NCBI RefSeq assembly: GCF_009914755.1
Contig: NC_060929.1
DNA length: 64,000 nucleotides
Origin: the human T2T-CHM13v2.0 reference genome, Homo sapiens
Direction: 5' to 3' (one strand)
Part shown: positions 1 through 15,330 of the stretch, piece after piece
How the letters are laid out: each line of letters begins with the position of its first letter
Numbering within the stretch: position 1 is the stretch's first letter
The notes under the pieces: model-generated
What the model saw: only the letters and a program-made list of their open reading frames with translations
Told to the model about the DNA's origin: nothing
Database searches by the model: none
Translations under genes and position numbers: made by a program

Positions 1-2035
<2,035 letters not shown>

Positions 2036-2929
2036 ATAAGCTCCAAACTTCGTATACAGTAATAATGAGCACTTGCCCCCCCAACACTGTATTCTCTAAA
2101 TATCACTGCCCACTAAACTGACAGATTAAGGAGAAATTGATAAACACTGTCATAGAGGAAGATTCATCACATCTCTCAGTAACTAAATGAATAAGCAGAT
2201 GATAATTCAGTAAGATACACACAAAATTTGAACATCACAATTAACAGTGTATATGTGCATAAGTGCACATGTGGGGGTGTGCTGAAGTAATAAAACCATA
2301 AAGTTGTAGCAGTGGAAAAGTATAGGATTGTTTCAGAGAAGAGAGGGGAGTATACACTGGGTGATACTGTTAAAAGCACAGATTAGGGAAGTACTGGAGA
2401 ACATATTAAATGCTGAAATAAGGCTCATGGTAAGGAGCCCATGATGATGGGAATCAAAAAAAAGAAATTGTATATAAACTGGAGTTATATTACTAAAGTA
2501 GCAAGATAAACTGTCAAATGATGGAAAACAGTATATATAGCATAATTCCTATTTTAAAAAAAGGTTGTGTATATATATGCATGTATGAATGTCTTGATAT
2601 AAATATAGAAGTTTGGAATGATACAGAAACCGTAGAGGTGACATTTGGATGTACCGAGGGTGGAAAAACAAAGTAATATTTTCATTGTTTAATCATTTGT
2701 TTTATATTTTATTTATGGTGTACTTCTATTGCTTTTATAATGTAAGTAACATGTAAAATGAAAAATTAAAAAAGAAAAAAGAACTTCCTAAAAGATAAAA
2801 CATTCTACCAGTATTTGAGACACTCAACAAAAGGAAACTTGCAGAAAGTAAATTTCTTAATATTCACCAGAACTCAGCAGTACGGTATTGATAAAATCAT
2901 CACCTGTGGCAATTTCACCTTGATAATTG

Positions 2930-3490
<561 letters not shown>

Positions 3491-4885
3491 AAATCATTTA
3501 TCCCTACGTCCCATCTAATTTCTTTAGGGTAAACAGTATTAACAATTTAATATATATCCTTACATATCATCTTCAATATTCACACACATATGTTTGTTTT
3601 TTGTTTTCATAAAGAGAATTATATACATATTACCTTGCTACTTATTATTCATTAGGATAATTTTAAATATATTTACCTACAGTTGCAAAAATGCATTTTT
3701 GTTTTATCTACATGAAATGATTCTGTTTGGGTTTTTAAAGATACTTTTGTTTCTTATGAGTGAAAACACAGATATCAAATTGAACCTCTTAGAACAGTTG
3801 AGCTGATTAAAATGTTAAAATAGGACACAACAACAATCTGGTTATCACAGGCTGTTTTTTCTTTACTTGGTTTTTTTGCTTTTTTGTCTTGTTTTTACAA
3901 TACACTTTTCTAAGCTGCAAATCTATTATCAAGTTTGTTTCAACTATCAGTAGTTAAAAATAAGCCTAAGTAACCTAAGATACTGCATACTCCCAGGCCA
4001 GGCCAATTCAGTGCCCCTAAGAAATCCTCAGGAGGCTACAAGTTGTAGCTCCCAAATTCAGCAGAGGGCTGAGTTAGATTCTGATCCTCTGCCTCAAATA
4101 GTACTTACAGAAATTAGATGAAATGACCTATGAAGTCAATGTATCCACCCACATGTTGGGAAATCTTGGTCCCTAAGAAATAACCAGCTTTTTGTCCAGT
4201 CTAACTTTTACTATACACAGGATGGGCCTTTCACCAAAGCCCAAGAAGAATATCTCACTAAAGGTCTTAATGTATAAATAAATTATAATAATAAAAATAA
4301 TAAAGTAATATTTCCAAAGATTTGCTTACTGTTACCTATCATCTTTTTCCCTAGCTAAAAAGAAAAAATTGTTCTCATTGGAGCACCATCCTTCAGATAG
4401 TTAATTGGTTATAGCTTGCTACTTTGTCCTTATATAGAACCTAATTTAGGTTAAAGAAATTACAATGTGTAAAAAAGACCCTATACCAAGATCCTCTAAA
4501 ATTTATCATTATTACCCACTCTCCTGCCCATCCACCACAATCCACTACACAAGTGTTGTTTAAATATACATTACATTTTGTTTATGGTTTTGTTTTTTTT
4601 AAAGAATAAACACATTCAAGGGCAATGAACAAAATACATTCAGGTTAAAACCATCTCATCAAAATTCTCTGCAGTTCCAAAGAAGAGACTATTCTTTTTT
4701 TTTTGTTTTGGTCTTATATGCGCTATGAATATGAATATGACAGCTTCACGGCTCCAACGTAATTATAAAAAATAAAAATAATATGACATTACTTTGGCAG
4801 GCAGGCATACATTTTCATTTAATATGACACAATAAGATTACTACTTTCTCCCAAAAGTTAACTCCTATTGCCAATAAAAACTTAC

Positions 4886-4970
4886 TTCTAGTTCTTTAAT
4901 TTTTTCTTCTGCTATTTTCTGCTTCTCTAACAGCTGACTGTGAATTGCTTCCTTGGACTGAAGAATAAAC
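4886..4970 (-). CDS. PFDN1: Prefoldin subunit 1, exon 3 (MFILQSKEAIHSQLLEKQKIAEEKIKELE); last exon lies left of the window
   Basis: tgtttcatag|GTTTATT...CTAGAA|gtaagt. 85 nt; the first G completes the AT|G Met codon from exon 2. Confidence 0.98.
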
Positions 4971-5189
4971 CTATGAAACACAAGAAAGTTGAAAATTAAG
5001 CCACATGACTATTGAATTCATCGAAATCAATAGCTACATACTACAAATATTAAACTGAGCAAATTAAAAGGACAAATGCATATTAACATAATACGTCAAG
5101 CTCAGGAAACCACCAGAAGTTTAAACCTTCCTGGCTGAGAAGGAATAAAGGCTTAAAAGTAGATTCTGCTTTCTTATTTAATATAGGAA

Positions 5190-5655
5190 TCAGGCAGGGA
5201 ACAGTGGTGTGGGCCTACAGTCCCAGATACTCAGGAGGCTGAGGTGGGAGGATTGTTTGAGCCCAGGTGTCTGAGTCTAGTCTGGGCAACATAGCAAGAC
5301 CCTGTCTCATTAAAAAAAAAAGCGGGGGGGTTGCGGGAGTTGGGCACAGTGGCTCACACCTGTAATCCCAGCACTCTGAGAGGCCGAGGCAGGAGGACTG
5401 CTTGAGCCTGGGAGTTCAAGACTAGCCCAGGCAACATGATGAGACCCATCTCTACAAAAAATAAATTTAAAATATTAGTCAGGCACAGTGGCACACGCCT
5501 GTAGTCCCAGCTACTAGGGAGGCTGAGGTGGGAGGATCAGTTGAGACTGAGATATCAAAGCTGTAGTGAGCCATGATTGTGCTACTGCACTCCAGCTTGG
5601 GTAACAGAGCAAGATCCTGTCTTAAAAACATTAAAAAAAAAAAAAAAAGAAAAGA
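5190..5655 (+). mobile_element. FLAM-like monomer followed by AluJ-like element
   Basis: Alu consensus matches, A tails. Confidence 0.9.
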
Positions 5656-6644
5656 AAATCAGGCTTCAAGTAGATTCATATGTAAAAGAAAAAATAATAA
5701 AGGAATAAAAATATATCATACGCTAAGAGAAAAGTCAACATACAAACAAATACCCTATAAGTTTTGTTTTTTCAGTTATCTGTTTCAATTTTTATCTAGA
5801 TATTTTTTAAACTATATTTGTAAAGTGGAGCGCCCCTCCATTTTTTTTTTTTTTTTGTAACAGCAGTAACTCATGACCTTTTAAAGTCACAATCAAGCAC
5901 TGTGTTAGGATCAATGCATTAGTGTTTATATGAGTTCCTCAAACAAAAAGCACTGTATAAGCCTTAGTATCTTTTATTATTATTTCCAGAGTGTATATAG
6001 TACCTCTGAAAAGCTCAAAATGTACAAGTGGAAATTTTCAACTTTTTCCATTTTACATCAGGCACATTATTTACCACTGATGAGGGTGGAAATATGGAGA
6101 AGTTTTAAAAATTAACACTGAAACTGTTTTATGACTTTATGTTCACAATTCTTGCTTCAGGGAAAGGAAGAACAAACTTTTATAGCCCCAAGTAAGTGAA
6201 CTGAAATATTTCCCCTCCACTGGAACCAAGGGAAGACCCCAGTTATGCAAATCTCTTTCAGGACTGTCTAAGGAAGCTAAAATATATTTCAATTTAATAT
6301 TGCAATTAATTAAGCAAGATTTTTCTTCTCTTTGCACTAACAGAGTTCAGCAACAAAGAACTAAACATCATCTCTTAACAAAAAGTCAAACGAGAAAACA
6401 CATCAAGGTAGCAACATGCAGTTTCCTCTGCCAACCCCACAAAAACATCATTGTGCCTAGGTGGGTTCTTATCAAGAGAGTCCGTTATTATAGATATAAG
6501 ACAAGTAAAAACAGACCAAAAAGGGCAATTAGCTATGCCCCAACACCTGGAAGGAAACTGCCTTGTCCCCTCTTCTTCATAACTAAGCCTTACCACACAT
6601 ATTAATAAAATCTGAAGAACTTCTTTTACTCCACTAATTATTAA

Positions 6645-6968
<324 letters not shown>

Positions 6969-8629
6969 CAGCCCAACTGATGATCTTAGTCTTCAGTAGT
7001 AACTTGATTCTTTGTAAAACCTTACTGTATATTTACAGGAAAGAGAGCCCACATTCATGCAAAACAAGGATTAATTCCAGGTCTTTTACTATAGAACCCT
7101 TCATGTCTAAAATATTCTTACTGGATCCAAGAGATGGGTGCTATTTCAGATAAGATTATGGTTTACAGAATATTTTTCTCAGAACTAACTCATATTTGTA
7201 TTTGAAGAGAAGAGTTGTTTTGAACAGTACTAAGTCTCAGTAATGTTATGTAAAAACTATTCTAAAACAAGGTGCAAGAGTCACCAAATTATGTCATGAC
7301 ATGTGTGATTTTACTGAGAAAGTCTTTTAGCCATGGAAATAATTTTTTGAGTAAAATATACATTTTTAAGTAGCACTGATAGCTGGCCAATGAGTACTAT
7401 TCTCAAATAAAAGGTCATCAGACATCATCTTTATTAGTGTCTGGGAAAATTTCAAAGCTAAGATTAGAGGTCAAGTCATTACTTATGTGGCCTTTAAAAA
7501 TAAAGTATCTGAACAGATACTAAATCTCTTGAGCAGAAAATAAAATTACTAGAAAGCAAGAACACTCAACAACAAAAACACGTTTTTCCATGACCACATA
7601 TCCTTTGAGGTAGCTATACTGGACTGTGCCAACTTCAAAGGCCAGAGAGATTCCACCGAAGCTGGCCAACTTACTACTACAAACCTAAGGACATCTCAGC
7701 CACGCAAGTTTTAACAAGGATGAATGTTGGGTAAATGCAAATGTCTACCTCAAAGAGTAGTTACACAGTAAAAATTCAAACACAAAAACTTATGGAAAGT
7801 TTGGTTTAGTCCTCAATTTAAAAAATGGCAAAGATATATTGTATGAAGACTGGAAAAGGCTCCAAGAAACATCTGATTTCTGAAAAAAAGTCTTTGGAAA
7901 ACATCTTTCTTATTGTTTAAAAGGGCATTGGATTATCAGATACTATGTGAAGAGAAAGGATTTATCATGATAATATAAGTCTTATCATAAGCAAATATTA
8001 TGTACACAGTTGCTCAATGTAGAGAATCTCATAGTCATTCTGCCTGATTGTTTATGGAAAGCCAAATAGTAAATAAAGAATTCTGGAGTTCAAAATGTAC
8101 CAATAAGGAAAAATAAACCATGAAGAGGGAAAGTATTCTCTCATGACAAATAATATGCAGATAACATGCTTAAAATACTCAGGATTATATAACCTGAATT
8201 CGAGTTGATGCTTTGCAAAAGGCCTCTTCTTTGACCTGGAAATCAGTGCCATGTGCCTCTGCACTGTCCACTCTCAAGGACTTGTAACCTGCTATTTCAC
8301 TTCCTCATTTATTTGTAATTATGCCATCTGAAAACATAATTCTGAGACTTTCGGTTTTGATTATTTGAGAAACATCAGACTCCGTTTTCTAAATCATCCT
8401 GCAGTTTGGTACAACTTCCACTTTCTTATAACTCAGTATGAATCAAAACCATTGTTCACCTGCCCAAAACACAATCCCAGATCACTTGCACTGCTGCATT
8501 TTGGACACAATTTCCAAAGTATGGTCACCTAGACATATGCTATTCAGAAACAACAAAATGCTTATGAAGAGTTCACTTTGGGTGGGAAATTTTTAGAGGG
8601 TGTCTAAAAACGTATCCTATTAGCATTTA

Positions 8630-8824
<195 letters not shown>

Positions 8825-8944
8825 CTAACTCCACTGGTGAGGAAAGTTACTGAATTTTTACGTCGTAATTTTTAGCGTGGAAGCAAGTAGAAATAAATTG
8901 AACTTCTTTTTTTAAAATTTTTTTAAATTGAATTTATTTCTTAC

Positions 8945-8977
8945 TTTAATCACTTCCTTAGTAAGGAAGTGATTAAA
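8945..8977. repeat. Perfect 16-bp inverted repeat with 1-nt spacer
   Basis: TTTAATCACTTCCTTA-G-TAAGGAAGTGATTAAA. Confidence 0.97.
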
Positions 8978-9293
8978 ACTTTATGGCACATCCACATTGT
9001 GGACTGCTCAGTGAGTTACAGACTTCTGTTACTGGCATAATGAAGAGTAGATACCCTGAACACTCCTGATTAGAAACAAAGGAAAAAAAAATTTTTTTTT
9101 AACATTTTGTTGAACTAACACAAAAGGAAGGATTCCACAAAGGTCCAAAGTGAAGTGAAACTGGGAATTCAGGAATGTAAGACAGCAGTAAATTGGCTTT
9201 CATCCTGAGAGTTTATGCTGAATCCTGGAGACCTTAAGTATCCACACTGGCACAGAAATAGGATACAAAACAGGAGATAAAACCAAGGGGGCA

Positions 9294-10339
<1,046 letters not shown>

Positions 10340-10549
10340 AAAGTTTTCTAAGTATGTAAAAAATTACCAAGTACAAAAATAAGACCTAGTCAGGTTAAAT
10401 ACCTTGCCCAGCTTGTATGTATTAGATTAGAACACTCGGTCTTTTTCGTACCATATTATAGTGGCTCTAATGTAAGTTATTATAAATATGTGTGTATGTG
10501 AATATATGTATACAAATAATCCAATCAACCTTGGATTAACTAGTTGGTT

Positions 10550-12130
10550 AAATTTGTTTCTCACAGGAGATACAGGCAAACAATTCTGAAATTGCTTTAT
10601 ATGTGTATGGGGATAAATAAATAAGTAAATGGACACTGGATGGTAGGAGCCGGGTTTCTCATATGAGAGAGAAGTTACAGATACGCAAGAAAGGAAGGCT
10701 AAAATGAACCCTGTGGTATCGAAGAGTCGGAGATATCAGTATAAACTCACATTCAGCTTAGTATGTGTACAGTGATGAACAGACACAGAAACAACTGTAG
10801 ATATGTACATACACATGAATTAGTAGCATATATACACATATTATCTATTGCTAGTCACCAGAGGGCCTAGAAACGGTAACACCTCAGTAGTAACAAATAA
10901 ACCCAGTGACCAGATATAGATTTCTAAATAACCACTCTCCAATAAAAGGAATCAGGAACCACAGCTTCTTGGAAAAATGACTAACTATAGGGCTCGGCAG
11001 GGAAAATACAAGATGAACCTGGAGCATACTGCAGTATGAGAAGGTCAGGAAGTACAGTAAAAACAAAAAGCTAAAGAAAAGACAAGCCACAGATGGAAGA
11101 AAATATTTGCAAAACACATATCTGATAAAGGATTTGCATCTAAATTATGCAAAGAACTCTTAAAATTCAACAATAAGAAAACAAACGACCATATTTAAAA
11201 CAGGCAAAAGATCTGACAGACACCTCACCAAAGATAACACAGATGGCAAATAAGCAAGTGAAAAGATATTCAACATCATATGTTATTAGGGAACTATAAA
11301 ATAAAATTATGAGATACTGCCACACACCTAGTATAATGGATAAAATCCCAAACACTGAGAACACCATATGCCGATGAAGCTGTGAAGCAACAGAAACTCT
11401 CATCCACTGATGGTGGGAATGCAAAAATGGTACAGCCCACTTTGGAAGACAGTTTGGCAGCTTCTTACAAAGCTTAACAGATGATCAATCAAATGCAGTC
11501 CATTATCCAAATGAGTTGAAAACTTCCATGCACATGTGCAAATGTTTACAGCTGCTTCATTTGTAACCGCCAAAACTTGGAACCAACCAAAATATTCTTC
11601 AATAAGTGAATGGATAAACTGTCAGTACATCCATACAATAGAATATTATTCGACGACAAAACGAAATGAGGTATCAAGTCACAAAGACACAGAGGAGCCT
11701 TAAATGCATATTGCTAAGTCGAAGAAACCAGTATAGTATGAAAGGCTATATATTGCATCATTCCAACTATATGAGATTTCAGAAAACGCAAAACTATATA
11801 TAGAAACAGTAAAAAGGTCAGTGGTCACCAGGGAAGACAGTGGGGAAGGAAGGGGAAGAAGAGAAGAACAGGTGGAGCACAAGGAATTTGGGGGACAGTG
11901 AAACTATACTGTATGATAACACAAAGAGTGACCCCTAATGTAAACTATGGATCTTAGTTAACAATAATTTATCAATATGTTTTCATCAATTGTAACAAAT
12001 GTACCACACTAATGCCAGATGTTAATAAGAGAAGAAACAGTGTGGGAGAGAGTGGAAAGGGAGTGAGAGCTTGCTGTTCTTTCTGCTCAATTTTTCCGTA
12101 CTACTAAAACTACTATAAAAAAATAAAGTT
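10550..12130 (+). mobile_element. Old L1 (L1MC-like) ORF2 end and 3'UTR fragments
   Basis: L1 hallmarks such as gaagaaaatatttgcaaaacacatatctgataagga, gaatggataaact and cctaatgtaaactatgg. Subfamily is from recall. Confidence 0.8.
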
Positions 12131-12133
12131 GCT

Positions 12134-12715
12134 GGCCGTGCACGGTGGCTCATGCCTGTAATCCCAGCACTTGGGGAGGCCAAGGCGGGCAGATCACCTG
12201 AGGTCTGTAGTTCGACACCAGCCTGGACAACATGACAAAACTCCGTCTCTACTAAAAATAAAAAAAATGAGCCAGACATGGTGGCGGGTACCTGTAGTTC
12301 CAGGTACTCGGGAGGCTGAGGCAAAGAATTGCTTGAACCCAGAAGGCGGAGTTTGCAGTGAGCCGAGATCACACCACTGCACTCCAGCCTAGGCGACAGA
12401 GGGAGACTCTGTCTCAAAAAATAATAATAATAGTTGCCAGGCACAGTGGCTCACGCCTGTAATCCCAGCACTTTGGGAGGCTGAGGTGAGGGGATCACTT
12501 GAGTCCAGGAGTTCAAGACCAGCATGGGCAACATGACAAACTCCCATCTATACAAAAAAATTTTTAAATTAGCTGGGTTTGGTGGCACATGCCTGTAATC
12601 CCAACTATTTGGGAGGCTGAGGTAGAGAACTGCTTGAGCCCAGGAGGTCAAGGGTGCAGTAAGCCACAATCACACTACTGCATTTCTAGACTGGGAGAAG
12701 GAAAAAAAAAAAAAG
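12134..12715 (+). mobile_element. Tandem AluS + AluJ
   Basis: Two consecutive Alu consensus matches. Confidence 0.92.
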
Positions 12716-12859
12716 GAGTAAATCTCAAAGAGCTCCCAATGGTCAAAGCAGAATTATTTGAGCAACAAAATAAATAATGTAGTACTAGATTATAACAGAC
12801 ATACAGCACCTAGACCCTGTCATACCTAGACAAAAGCAATCTACAGATCACTGTATGCT

Positions 12860-15330
12860 CAAATCTAACTCTGAGGGATGCTGCTGCTTCATCTCTGTAC
12901 TATGCTATCCATGTTTCCCTCATTAACTACTGTATCCATAAATCCCTCCTTCCTCTTTCTTCTCCAGTGCCCATACTACAAGCACTATGCAAGGCTCTCT
13001 GCTAAACAATCTCTACCCAAAGTCCCTAGGAGAACTCATTTATTTTCAAGGCCTCAACTTAGCTAATAACCCTCAAAATAATATCAACCACTATCACCTG
13101 CACCATGCATGTTCAGCATCTATGATCACTTCTACTTGTATGTTCCATATCACCTCAAATTCAACATGGCCCAAATTAAACTCATTTTATCAACCCATAC
13201 CAACATTCCCTATAAGTAGTTTCACCATCTCAACTTCAGCTTCCATCAATATCACCACATGCAAGTCCCAAAACGGCAGATATCCTCCTTATATTTCTAA
13301 TTTATCACTTTCTCTCATACTGACCCTTCACCTCACTATTCCACTTCCACCACCTTAATTTATGCTCTTATTACTAACCTCCTGAATAGCTTCCTGCCTG
13401 CCTATGCTCCCAGACTAAACTCTGCCTAATTCATCCTAAATATATCAACGGTTTTCATATAGCTAGCCCTCAGTTATTGATCACTATAATGACTGTTGAT
13501 GACTTTGGCAGACATTATTGTTTATCCCATATCCATTTCCTTTTCTTTGTTGATTGAGCCCCAATTTTGTTTCGGTACTCTCTATTTTCCCAAGTAAATC
13601 AGAGAATTGAGTTCTAGGCTGAATCTTGATTGGCCTTACCCAATCATTGCAGTTGCATCCCCCAAGATTTAAGCCTAAGCATGTGACTCAGTTTCTGTCA
13701 TGAAATATAAGTGGGAGACCATTAGAAGACTTCTGGAAAGGTGCTCCCATGAAGGTGACACCAGAAAACATGGCACTTTCTCACTCTGGTTGTTGTCATG
13801 CCTCAATAAAATCCCTGGAATTCCTGTAGCCAAGCTGATGACAAAGCTAGCAAACACAGGGAGAAGGGCAGGGCCAGCGTACCGAAATAAGTCGAAATGA
13901 AGCCCAGCATACGGCCCCTGAGGAGGCCTGACCTATATGACATGAGTAAATCTCAGAAGCATTACACTCAGTGAAAGTACATACTATAATGACTCCATTT
14001 ATATATTGCATCTATATAAAGTTCTAAAACAGAAAAAATTAATTTACGGTCATAGAAATCACATTAGCAGCAGCCTGGAGCCAGGATTAAGGAAGGAGAG
14101 GATTCAGTTGAAAGAAGCAAGAAAGAAATTATTTTAGAGTGATGAAAATGTTCTTTATCGTGACTGGGGTGGTGGTTACATTTGTCAAAATTCACCCAAC
14201 TGTACTCCTAAAATGAATGCATTTTATTCTATATAAGTTATAACTCAATAATGCTGATTCTTTAAGAAAGACATCTGATACCATAGAGGGTAGAAGAAGG
14301 GAAAAAATGAAAGACAATTAGTATCATTGTCCCCAGATGGTGAGGTACGATGAAGAAAAATAAAGCCAACAAGGGGCAAATAAGTGTGGGTGCTGGTTAG
14401 GTGTATACTTTTAAATAGGATGGTCATGAAAGGCCTGATTGCCTCTTTAGAAACAACCTGTAGGAAGAGAAAGGGTAAGCCATGGAGACACCTGGAAGAA
14501 GGCTTCAGGCAGAGAAACTGGCAAGTGCAAAAGACTTTGTCTTTTTCACTGATGAAATGGGAGGCCATTTGACTACAGTGATCTTGACTTACATTTTCAA
14601 AGGATTACTCTGGCTGATCAGTTTAAAACAGACTATAAAGGGTTAAGGACAGAAGCAAGGAGCCTAGTTAGGAAGCAACTGCCATAAACCAATGGTAAAT
14701 TAGACCAGGGTGGTGGTAAGTAGAAGTCTTCAGATTCTGAACAAAATTTAAAGATAGAGTCAACAGTATTTGCTAATCAGCTGAATATAAGATTGAAAGA
14801 GAGGGGCCAAGGGTGACTCCAAGATTTGGAAGAATTTGAAGTGTGGAAAAGCCACTTAGTAATACTGAGAGAGGAGATGGTTTGTTTATAAACAGCAAAA
14901 ATTTTATTTTGGCCAAGCTAATTCTGAGATGCCTATTAGACCATCACATGAAGATGTAAAGTAGGCAGCTGAATATACAAGTCTGGAGTTCAGAGAAGGG
15001 GTCTAAGTTAAAGATAAAAAATCTGGGAGTTGTCAGTATATAAAAATGCATTTAGAGATACTCCTGGATGAGATTATTAAGAGACTGAGTACATATAGAC
15101 CAAAAAAAGAAAAAAAAAATCCAAGGGCTAAGGACAAAGTAAATTTAATATTTACAAATGCAAAAGAAATGAAGACAGTAAAGGAAGCTGAAAAGGAATG
15201 GACAGTGAGGTGGGAGGAATATCAAGAAGTGGTGTCCTGCAAGCCAAGGTAAGAACGTGCTTCAAGGAAGAAAGGTCAACAGGACCAAATGGTACTGATA
15301 GGTCAAATAAGATGAGGACTGAGAACTCAC
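12860..15330. mobile_element. Ancient repeat patchwork: L2 (~12860-13450), MaLR-LTR-like (~13490-13930), L1ME-like 3' end (~13940-14250), L2 (~14330-15330)
   Basis: Resemblance to L2 (gtctggagttcagagaagg...ctgggagttgtcagtata) and L1M 3' (atgactccatttatat...gatgaaaatgttct) motifs. Boundaries approximate. Confidence 0.6.
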
